64,000 nt of DNA from assembly GCA_028289525.1 (NCBI GenBank), contig JANQPJ010000187.1, forward strand, positions 2,928 through 66,927, read 5' to 3'. Below, piece after piece: positions 44,765 to 52,550 of this stretch. Source of the DNA: Pirellulales bacterium (GTDB lineage Bacteria > Planctomycetota > Planctomycetia > Pirellulales > JAGQOS01). Numbering within the stretch: the stretch's first letter is position 1; every line of letters starts with the position of its first letter. Made by a program: the position numbers and the translations under genes. The notes under the pieces are model-generated. The model saw only the letters and a list, made by a program, of their open reading frames with translations. It did not search any database and was not told the origin of the DNA.

Positions 44765-45001
44765 GATTCAATGACTTAGCGAATCCTCGCTTCGCGTGGC
44801 CGCTTAGTCCCTGCTTATGCGATTCCTTTAGGCAAAGGCTCGGTGAGTCCTTGTTCCCTTAGCTCCCTGAATTGCTTAGTAGCGGATTCTGCCATTCGCG
44901 AATTCCTTGGTATCTCGAATCTTTGAGCCTTGGATTACCCGATTCGCTGTCTATGTGAGTCGCCCAGTAGCGGGTTCCCCGACTCGCTAATCTCGTGAAT
45001 C
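44765..45001. promoter_or_regulatory. Cluster of 8 GATTC/GAATC cores (plus 4 CTTAG) in ~240 bp; candidate centromere/iteron/oriT-type site
   Basis: GATTC/GAATC starts at 44765, 44781, 44821, 44885, 44917, 44941 and 44997, plus GAATTC at 44900. Under a uniform model about 0.5 occurrences are expected. CTTAG is at 44775, 44803, 44858 and 44875, and three of these are followed within 0-13 nt by GCG(A/G)ATYC. Confidence 0.45.
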
Positions 45002-45159
45002 GGGGAGTGCTCGAAGTCATGAGGCGGCATGTCCTCGTTTCATGATGTCTTTGCTTTCCTGAGTCCGGGACTTGGGCGGATATTGTGTAAGAGTGTGCAA
45101 GACGGTGCAGATTCATTTGCTAGGAGTGAAAAATAACGGGTTGTGTCACCCTGTGTTCA

Positions 45160-45456
45160 ATGCTATTCGATATTCATGACACAATTGCCTACGGAGGAAG
45201 AGTTTTGGGAACACATGACGGAAACACTCTAATACGCTCGCATCGCTTGGAACCTGAAACTGCTTCAGAGTCGTCTGATATCATTCGTGCTTCGGAGGCG
45301 TGTGACTTTTTACGCATACACCGGAACACACTTTATCGCCTGGCACGCACGGGACAATTACCTGCATTCAAAATGTCAGCAGGCGGAACATGGCGTTTCC
45401 GAAAGAGCGAGCTAGAAGACTGGGTAGAGAACAGGCGTCGGCGATATGAGATTTAG
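45160..45456 (+). CDS. Excisionase-family / MerR-type helix-turn-helix protein
   Basis: C-terminal IIRASEACDFLRIHRNTLYRLARTGQLPAFKMSAGGTWRFRKSELEDWV matches the excisionase-type DNA-binding domain pattern. The true start may be internal. Confidence 0.75.
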   Translation: MLFDIHDTIAYGGRVLGTHDGNTLIRSHRLEPETASESSDIIRASEACDFLRIHRNTLYRLARTGQLPAFKMSAGGTWRFRKSELEDWVENRRRRYEI

Positions 45457-45474
45457 GTTCGAGAGGAAGGAGGA

Positions 45475-46299
45475 ATGCGTCCAACAATAATTACGATAGT
45501 GAATCACAAGGGAGGTGTTCTCAAGACTACGTCCACGGTAAATCTGGGTGCGGCTCTGGCTCGTTTGGGAAAGCGTGTGCTGGTGGTCGATTTAGATGCA
45601 CAGATGAACCTTACGATTGCTCTTCTTGGTGAGATTCCGTACGGGGAAGACGTTGCAACGCTCTACGAGGCGTTGATGGAAGAGAGTTCCCTTGACCATC
45701 TAATCACGAATACAAGCGAAGAAGGCCTAGATATCATTCCTTGTCACGAAGATTTCGTTTCTACGGATATGAGCCTCGCGTCGGAGGTGGGGCGTGAGCA
45801 TATTCTCCTGAGCTGTCTGGAGAAGACGGAACGCCTAAAACACTACGACTTTGTCTTGCTCGACAATACGCCCGCGATGTCTCTGGTCGTCGTGAACTCA
45901 CTTGCAGCGAGCGACTTTTTTCTAGTGCCGTGCAGTGCTGAGTATCTTCCGATGACGGGGCTAACGTTGCTTGGCAATTCTATTGGGCGACTTCATAAAG
46001 TAGCTCCAAGGCTTCAACCTCTTGGCGTCTTTGTTACGCTCTTCGCGAGCAATGAACGGATTTGCAATCAGGTTGTAAAGTTGCTTCGGGAGAAGATGGG
46101 ACGGATGGTGTTTGATAGCCTTATTCGCGTCAATACGAAGGCGAAGACTGCACCGAGCAAGCAGCAGACGATTTTTCAACACGAGAATTCAGCGAAGGGA
46201 AGGGGAACAGAGGATTACACTGCCTTGGCCCGAGAATTCTTGAAAAGAGTAGATGCTGCGGTTCGGATGTCGGAGGGAGGAGCGGTTGCCAATGGGTAG
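45475..46299 (+). CDS. parA: ParA-family partition ATPase (type Ib-like, no N-terminal HTH)
   Basis: 274 aa. Deviant Walker A NHKGGVLKTTSTVNLGAAL. VLVVDLDAQMNLT. Confidence 0.9.
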   Translation: MRPTIITIVNHKGGVLKTTSTVNLGAALARLGKRVLVVDLDAQMNLTIALLGEIPYGEDVATLYEALMEESSLDHLITNTSEEGLDIIPCHEDFVSTDMSLASEVGREHILLSCLEKTERLKHYDFVLLDNTPAMSLVVVNSLAASDFFLVPCSAEYLPMTGLTLLGNSIGRLHKVAPRLQPLGVFVTLFASNERICNQVVKLLREKMGRMVFDSLIRVNTKAKTAPSKQQTIFQHENSAKGRGTEDYTALAREFLKRVDAAVRMSEGGAVANG

Positions 46300-46852
46300 T
46301 GGAAGAGTAACAGATGAGGAACTCTCAGAGAGCATTGGCTCGCTAGGAAGCTTTGACGGACTCATTGAGTCACGACGTCCAGGACAACGTGACAATCCCT
46401 TTGGGGCTCAGTATGCAAGAAAAGGGAAGGCGACATTGGACATTGAATCACCGGCACCAAAGACCAGTGTGAAGCGGAAGACAAGAAAGAAGAAAGAGAA
46501 ATCGGTAGCACCATCCTCGGTTGATGAACGAAAGGGCCCGGTGTCTCTACAAGAAGAGGCTCGGAGGGCGACGAGGCCAGCAAACAAGCAGGAGTATCTG
46601 ACTGAGAAGCTCTCTCTCTTGCTCGACCGGGAGTCACGAAAAAAAGCTGATGACCTTTCAAGAGATATCCAGTATCTCAAGAAGAAAAAAGGTGAGGAAC
46701 GAATCACTACTGGTTGCGTATACCGTGTGGGTATAGCGGCAATACTGGAGTTCTATGAAATCGACCCTGAGAACGTTCCTAATACCGAGGCAGAACTAAA
46801 GGAACAATTCTTATCGATGATTCGAAAGCGTGCTGCTAACGGGACTAGCTGA
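46292..46852 (+). CDS. Putative partition adaptor (RHH/ParG-like C-terminus)
   Basis: ATG 46292 overlaps the parA stop, with GGAGGGAGGAG upstream. A disordered basic N-terminus is followed by a C-terminal strand-helix-helix-like EKLSLLLDRESRKKADDLSRDIQYL...GCVYRVGIAAILEF. The functional call is positional. Confidence 0.5.
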   Translation: MGSGRVTDEELSESIGSLGSFDGLIESRRPGQRDNPFGAQYARKGKATLDIESPAPKTSVKRKTRKKKEKSVAPSSVDERKGPVSLQEEARRATRPANKQEYLTEKLSLLLDRESRKKADDLSRDIQYLKKKKGEERITTGCVYRVGIAAILEFYEIDPENVPNTEAELKEQFLSMIRKRAANGTS

Positions 46853-47211
46853 GCGGATATCGTGGTTGTGCCACAGCGACGCTATCTTTGCGGCTCGTAG
46901 TCACGCGAGAAACGGTGGTTTGCTCGGGGCGATGTCGCGTTGCGGCCCGCTACTCGCCGAATCGTCAAACAATAGTCTGCGACCAATGGGAAAGCGTTGG
47001 CTTGAAAGCAGTTCTGTGTTTGATAGGTGGCACACCAGTGGTTGGCTCAGCGATACAAGGCGAGAGGATTGTCAAGCGGACGAGGAGGATTTGAAAGTCA
47101 TGCTATTGTCTTTGCAAGTCAAGCAACCAGGTATCTCATGCCGTTTGCGAGGATTGGCATTCCGGAACTAGTATCGTTAGTTATTGGAATGAAAAGGCGA
47201 ATCGGTTGCCT

Positions 47212-47243
47212 AAATAGATAATCAAAATAGAAAACAAAATAGA
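47212..47243 (+). promoter_or_regulatory. Three direct AAATAGA repeats in an AT-rich tract immediately upstream of the rep RBS
   Basis: AAATAGA at 47212, 47225 and 47237 (spacing 13 and 12 bp), then TAGGAGG. Confidence 0.4.
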
Positions 47244-47261
47244 CTTAGGAGGTTTTCTTTT

Positions 47262-48425
47262 TTGGAGGGGTTAATGCCGCAATCAGATAGCAACACGCCG
47301 TTTGTTCTTGAAGAGTTGAATCTGCTCGAAGTACCGCTTGGGGCCATATCACCTAGGGTTGCGAGCAAAGAAGTACGTCTTGTATTTCGAGATGCGGTGA
47401 ATGACAAGATGTCCGGGAAGCGGGTGACACGCGAATTCTGTGTTGGACATCCCAGATTTACGATGGGTGAAATCAAAATGCGAGGCTTTACGCTACCGAC
47501 ATGCACGGATGTGGATGTGTTGCTTGCAGTTCAGAGAGAAACATTCATTCGGTCGAAGTTCTTGACGGATGAGCCGGTGTGCATTCCTCTTAACGACATC
47601 GCTAGTTCATTGAAATGGCCATGTACGCGGAAGGTGCGAAAGAGAATTTGCAGGTCCCTGGTCACGTGGTCATTGGTCGAACTCGGATTTTCACACTGGC
47701 GGGTGAAGGCATTGGAGGCGTGGAAGCCTGCATGCTTTACTGTGCTGCGAACTTTGGAGATTGGTGGAACGGAAAGTAGAGATTCAACGTGCACGCTCTC
47801 CTGGAACGAGCGGATTGGGGATAGTGTTAGAGCCCGCTATACTCGGAAACTTGACTGGGCGTTTTACCTGTCACTCAAGAGACCAACAACGAAGAGACTC
47901 TACCGCTTTCTTGAAAAGCGTCTGTATCGCCTTGATGGTCGTGAATTTGACATGCGTAGTTTGTGCCGGGACAAGGTTGGTATTAGTCCCGGATATTCGG
48001 CGGGCGAATGTCGTCGACGGCTCATGCCAGCCATTTTGGAGTTGGAGGAAGTAGGCTATCTTCAGCCAATGGCCAGCGAGCAGCGTTTCTTTATGAAGCA
48101 TAATTCCCTTCGTATTCGTTTGAGGCGAAAAGGTTCCAGTCGGCCCAAGGGGAGAGTTGTAAAGCGAAGTGTTGTCACGGGAGGAGTAGTGGAGAAAAGG
48201 GAATTGAATTCAAGGAGCGAGAGCGGAGAAGGGCTGTTTGTGTCGTCGCTTAACGAGGAGCAACTAGATAGAACATTGGCTGAGGCTCTAAGGCGTGGCC
48301 CTGCACATCTTGTTGAAGGATATCGGCGAATGCGTGCGAATCAACCTGATGGAGAATCATGCAACGCTTATCGACGGATGCTTATAGAAAACCACCTATC
48401 AGCTAAGGCAAAGAGTAAATCCTGA
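47262..48425 (+). CDS. Putative plasmid replication initiator (RepA-like)
   Basis: 387 aa. The N-terminal FVLEELNLLEVPLGAIS pattern and the size recall Replication-initiator-protein-A type proteins. It sits next to parA. The call is from memory and unverified. An alternative start is ATG 47274. Confidence 0.5.
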   Translation: MEGLMPQSDSNTPFVLEELNLLEVPLGAISPRVASKEVRLVFRDAVNDKMSGKRVTREFCVGHPRFTMGEIKMRGFTLPTCTDVDVLLAVQRETFIRSKFLTDEPVCIPLNDIASSLKWPCTRKVRKRICRSLVTWSLVELGFSHWRVKALEAWKPACFTVLRTLEIGGTESRDSTCTLSWNERIGDSVRARYTRKLDWAFYLSLKRPTTKRLYRFLEKRLYRLDGREFDMRSLCRDKVGISPGYSAGECRRRLMPAILELEEVGYLQPMASEQRFFMKHNSLRIRLRRKGSSRPKGRVVKRSVVTGGVVEKRELNSRSESGEGLFVSSLNEEQLDRTLAEALRRGPAHLVEGYRRMRANQPDGESCNAYRRMLIENHLSAKAKSKS

Positions 48426-48459
48426 AGCACGGTCCCACTCTGGGAAGAGATGAAAGTAC

Positions 48460-48479
48460 AAGAGGCATTCTGCCTCTTT
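48460..48479 (+). terminator. Weak stem-loop after rep
   Basis: AAGAGGC-ATTCT-GCCTCTT followed by TA. The T-run is short. Confidence 0.35.
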
Positions 48480-48489
48480 AGCTTGCTGC

Positions 48490-49870
48490 AATGCAAACGC
48501 ACTGCAAGCAATATTTCCAGCACAAGGTACACAAGCATTTACTAGCCTCACCAGCTAGAAGGATGCGATGGAGTTCACTACCATCAACGTGTGCATGCCG
48601 GTAGAGCTACGTGCCGCGAGAGTGGCTTGCGTAGTTCGACGAGGGCTCGTTGGAGTAATCCTGTTTCGATTTGTCTGGTTCTGTATCCCAGCAAAATCTT
48701 ACCAGAGTAATCCCAGCGTTCGACTCGATAGCTCCTTTAGAAATGGGAAAGGGGCGACGCGGACATACTTGAGTGTGATTCCTTTCACAACTCAAGCCGC
48801 CGTACTTGAAAGTGGTGAGTACGCCTCTTGCGTACAAATCCCTCCGGGGGATTCGGGCTTGCAGTTCTGCGAGTTCGTTTAACCTGAGCTGGAGCGGGGA
48901 GCCGTAGGCTGGTGACAGTCTATGTCGGAGCTATGACTAGCTCCGGGGTCCTGGTTAAACGCCAGGCCGTGAAAAGCTCAACCGTAGAAAGGCACAATCG
49001 CGTAAGGCGAGAGTGCTTTCCAGTGAGTCTCTTGGGAGACGATGCCGAGAATGTCACGTTCTGTGACGGGGACAAGCTCTTTGCTGGTCAGTAAGAAGGC
49101 TTTTCTGTTTTCTTCCTTCCGAAATCGTTCGCATCAGTTGCGAACGGAAAGTATGGCGTGCCGGAAGGCCGCACATACAGCAAAGTGTCCGGGCGTAACA
49201 GCCCTAACCCACGTGACCCAAGGGATGACGAGTGCGGATAACGCGGGAAGCACTAAAGCAGCCGGTGTAGTGAACCGGTGCCTGGCGTAGTCAGCCAGGT
49301 GATTGAAATGCTTCAGTGTGGGAGTGAGGCCCAAGTAAGAAGAAGGCGTTACGCCTTCGGGAACGAGCTGCAAGGCAGTGGTTAGTTCCTCTGGATGTAA
49401 CGGGTGGTGCCGACATCGCATGAGCAATGAAAGGGCCGACTGGCAGTGTGCTCGAAGTGTTGGACGTTCCGGGGGTGGGCTCTTTTGAGTCCATCCCTTG
49501 GGGCGTTCCTCGTGATGAGGCGTGGTGCGGTGTGAACAGGGTGTTCCGGGAGGAACGGCTAGTTCAGACAGCGTTACGCAAGGAAAAAGGTCAGCGGCAG
49601 AATCGTCGATTCTGGCGGTGTCAAAAAGGTTTTTTGGCGAGACACCTATGGAATAGGTGACGGGCTATTTGGAAAACAGATAGCCCGCAAGTGCGGGGTG
49701 TCTCGCCACAGGTAGACCAAGGAAGGTTATTCCGAAGGTTTCCTGGTTTTGCAAATTGAAGAGCCGCTTTCTTGGTGACGGTGTGGTCGCAAAGGTGTAC
49801 CGGCAAGGCAGTTTGTCAAAGGAACTCGTGGCGTTGAGGGCGGCCAATAACAGCCCTCACCATTTTTTTG
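48490..49870 (+). ncRNA. Candidate large structured RNA (or origin region); boundaries approximate
   Basis: No convincing ORF. It holds many perfect local hairpins, with at least 7 listed coordinates: 48927-48944, 49126-49146, 49262-49278, 49281-49299, 49342-49358, 49543-49556 (GGGA tetraloop) and 49598-49614. There is an 11-bp long-range helix (49636-49646 with 49697-49707). It ends in a terminator-like stem plus T7 at 49835-49870. No family recognised. Confidence 0.35.
49835..49870 (+). terminator. Terminator-like hairpin plus T7 run inside the ORF-free region
   Basis: TGAGGGC-GGCCAATAACA-GCCCTCA, then CCATTTTTTT. Confidence 0.5.
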
Positions 49871-50164
49871 CTGTATGGGATTTCCTTAGAAGCATTTCTT
49901 TTCGATGGCCAGATACGACTACGAATCATGGAGGTAGCAACCGCCTACTTCCTTCGTTTTGTTCCAGCATGGCCTGGAATATGTCGTTTTAAGCCCTGTG
50001 AGTTCACGTCTATGAATGTCCATTCAATGACCTCTTACACATCGTAACTTCAACAACTTCGTTAAGAGACGCAGTAACTCCTAACGCATGTCACATTTCG
50101 GCTCACAGGGCGGCCCCCCGGCATACGCCAGGTCATTTTTCAATAATTCTCAAATGGAGTTCCT

Positions 50165-50872
50165 GTGCAGTATCGATACGAGGCAACAAGTGAAATCGGA
50201 TTTGTTCAGCAGCTTGCCTGCAACTATTTGCCACACGGCTATTGGTTTTATGTCCAAGGATGGATTCCCGAGGGAAAACAGCCCAGGGACATTGACAGTA
50301 AGTTGCTTCGCAAATACGGAATTGCTGTATCGCGGCAAACTCGTTCTCGACGCAAGAAGAAGGGACTGGCAAACCTGCACTACCTTCGGTTTGATAGGGT
50401 CTTCGTTCTGCTCGCCACAAGGGGCGAGCATTCGTTCTTTAGGGAAGAGGAATTTCGGGATGTACGAAAGACTCCCATCCGTTTTGCTGGATACTCCATT
50501 TCTTCTAAGCAAGGAAACTATTTGCAAAAACAAAATGGGGCCGAGAAGGCACAGACTGATTATCGCTATCGCTCCAGAGTTCAAGTCGCTCGCCCCGTTT
50601 ATCTCGATTGGCACGCCTATTTCGCGGACGCTGCTAGGCACTGTGGAGCGGAGCGACTGTCGCGAGAATTGTATAATTTTCCATACGAACCTTATGCACC
50701 CGTTAGGAAACAACTGTTGGAGCTTGTATCTCTTGTCAATCGAGTGCGAAAGGAGAGGGGGCGTAGTTCCCTTGACCCACGAAAGGTTGCTCGATTCCGA
50801 AGACGCATTGTGAAGCCATTTGAATTACATGATATGGTTCGCGGCATGGTGGCAACCACTTTGGCTGCGTGA
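50165..50872 (+). CDS. Basic hypothetical protein (235 aa)
   Basis: GTG start with GGAG 5 nt upstream. The protein-like, Arg/Lys-rich sequence (GYWFYVQGWIPEGK..., RKYGIAVSRQTRSRRKKKGLANLHYLRF) suggests nucleic-acid binding. No family recognised. It is preferred over the overlapping ORFs 50088-50813 (+) and 50150-50713 (-). Confidence 0.55.
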   Translation: MQYRYEATSEIGFVQQLACNYLPHGYWFYVQGWIPEGKQPRDIDSKLLRKYGIAVSRQTRSRRKKKGLANLHYLRFDRVFVLLATRGEHSFFREEEFRDVRKTPIRFAGYSISSKQGNYLQKQNGAEKAQTDYRYRSRVQVARPVYLDWHAYFADAARHCGAERLSRELYNFPYEPYAPVRKQLLELVSLVNRVRKERGRSSLDPRKVARFRRRIVKPFELHDMVRGMVATTLAA

Positions 50873-50911
50873 CCGTTGGGCACAGCAAGGGCGACTTGCG
50901 CTGCTCGCAAG

Positions 50912-51220
50912 CTAGGCACTCTTCTTTTCAAGTACGGTTACTCTCTCGTCCATGTCATCCAAATACTGATTGTGATTCTTCACTTCTTGCCTTACTTGTG
51001 AAAGCTCCTTCCTGACTTGCTCGAACTCCTTGTCGTGGCCATCAAGCTGATGTTTGATAGCGAGATACTCTTGCTCTCGCGTTTCATTGGCCCTGAACAG
51101 AAAGTCAAACGATTCCGATACGTGTTGCTTGAATGATTCCAGGTGAGTGGCAAACTGTTGGCTCACTTCTTGTCGAATGAGAGCAGAAAGTGCTTTAAGG
51201 TCTTCTTCAGTAAGTGCCAT
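50912..51220 (-). CDS. Coiled-coil hypothetical protein (102 aa)
   Basis: Heptad-rich, charged sequence. Downstream of, and on the same strand as, the receiver gene. Confidence 0.55.
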   Translation of the reverse strand: MALTEEDLKALSALIRQEVSQQFATHLESFKQHVSESFDFLFRANETREQEYLAIKHQLDGHDKEFEQVRKELSQVRQEVKNHNQYLDDMDERVTVLEKKSA

Positions 51221-51266
51221 GAGGCCGAGTATGTCACCGAAGGATTCTCGAAGTCAAGCATGAAGC

Positions 51267-51680
51267 CTAACTAGCTAGAATCGCGTTGTGCTTCTCAGCG
51301 TAAGCTACGGCACGATGAATCGAAGCATAGAGTGCTGGTAAGCGAATCGGTTTGTCGAGATGGTCGTTCATTCCTGCACCAAGACAGACAGCTCTAGGGA
51401 AGGCAATCAGGTCAGCGGTTTGAGCAATCGCATAGATATGTCGGTAATTAGTATTCGAAGTGCGTATCGTCCGAAGTATTTCCAAGCCGGAGATTCGGCC
51501 AAGATTGCACTCCATGATAAGGGCGGTGTAAGGGGTATCAGCAAGGCTGGCAAAGGCTTCTTCAGGTGTTGCTGACACGTCAGCGTGGTAACGTAGATGG
51601 GAGAGGCGAATCGTGAGCAGGCGTGCACACACGGAAGACGAGTCTAGGATTAGAAACTTTGGAACGGTTGTCTGAGCCAT
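51267..51680 (-). CDS. Stand-alone atypical receiver (REC) domain protein, phospho-acceptor Asp replaced by Glu
   Basis: By-eye alignment to CheY. KFLILDSSS aligns to KFLVVDDFS (D13 becomes S). ALIMECNL aligns to FVISDWNM (D57 becomes E). AQTA aligns to VTA (T87 kept). LDKPI aligns to VVKPF (K109 kept). Confidence 0.7.
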   Translation of the reverse strand: MAQTTVPKFLILDSSSVCARLLTIRLSHLRYHADVSATPEEAFASLADTPYTALIMECNLGRISGLEILRTIRTSNTNYRHIYAIAQTADLIAFPRAVCLGAGMNDHLDKPIRLPALYASIHRAVAYAEKHNAILAS

Positions 51681-51840
51681 TGTACTTCCAACTAAAGTGC
51701 GACCTTGCCTGTCAAGTGCCCTATACGGTCATCTTTACGATGCGTTAGGACAAGTGTGAGATTCGGCGAATGCGTAATATTTCCCATGGGAAGAAGTTTC
51801 CAGGTTCCGATATGACCACTCCAGACCCTATCATCAAAGA

Positions 51841-52062
51841 GTGAAAGTAACCGAGCAGCTACAAGAATCACTCCAGCAAATGATTACCGAGGGAGTATCA
51901 CTGAGGGCAGTGTCAATCGAGGCAGGAGTTGACCGGTCGACCTTGCGGCGTTTGCTTCGCTGCGGTACGGCACATTCAACGACTATTGATAGGGTGGCAG
52001 AATACTTAGGAATGAGACTCGTTCCGAGTTCGCGAAAGAGACGCTCTTCCAGGCACAGATAG
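51841..52062 (+). CDS. Small XRE/Cro-like HTH protein
   Basis: 73 aa (GTG start). GVSLRAVSIEAGVDRSTLRRLL is HTH-like. Paralogous in layout to the next gene. Confidence 0.55.
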   Translation: MKVTEQLQESLQQMITEGVSLRAVSIEAGVDRSTLRRLLRCGTAHSTTIDRVAEYLGMRLVPSSRKRRSSRHR

Positions 52063-52128
52063 GTGGTGCGGATGTATAGGTCAAGTGACTGAGATTCGCC
52101 GTTCGGTCGGCTGACATATAGTAGCGAG

Positions 52129-52335
52129 ATGCTGCTGTCCAAATCACTTCGAAAAGCCCTTCTAGATTGTGGAGAATCGATTTATGCAATCGCAAAGGGG
52201 AGCGGCGTCGACTGGTCTGTGATTAACCGCTTCATCAATGACGAGCGAAGCATCACTATGGAGACCGCAGATAAGTTGGCAGTGTTTCTGGAGCTTGAGC
52301 TACGCCACAGGAAGCGTCCAAGAGAAAGTGCGTAG
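52129..52335 (+). CDS. Small XRE/Cro-like HTH protein
   Basis: 68 aa. ESIYAIAKGSGVDWSVINRFINDERSITMETADKLAVFLELEL. Confidence 0.6.
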   Translation: MLLSKSLRKALLDCGESIYAIAKGSGVDWSVINRFINDERSITMETADKLAVFLELELRHRKRPRESA

Positions 52336-52550
52336 GGGAGGGAGTGCGAAGCATCCTCTAGGCCGATATCGGCCTGGGAGTGAAACGCGGGCCCCAGGCC
52401 GTTTGACTAAACGGGCAGGGTAGGCTTCGCTCCTCGGAACAGAGAGGCAAGGGAATAGAGATGGGGTTCGGGGAAGAGAGTTGGGACCATCGTCTCTTCC
52501 CCTAGAAGACAAGAATGCTCAGAGAAAAGCTGACCATTTCAATGATTTGA

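Noticed and set aside
49906-49925. 14-nt identity ATACGACTACGAAT between the element (49.9 kb) and family B repeats
   Set aside because: By a back-of-envelope estimate, several chance 14-mer matches are expected among all position pairs in 64 kb. No similarity extends beyond the 14 nt.
48430-50164. Group II intron, retron, CRISPR array or iteron origin as an explanation for the ORF-free region
   Set aside because: I found no domain-V-like GAGCCGTAT...ACGG hairpin, no reverse transcriptase anywhere in the window, no regularly spaced direct repeats, and no DnaA-box or iteron array. The region is reported instead as an unclassified candidate structured RNA or origin.
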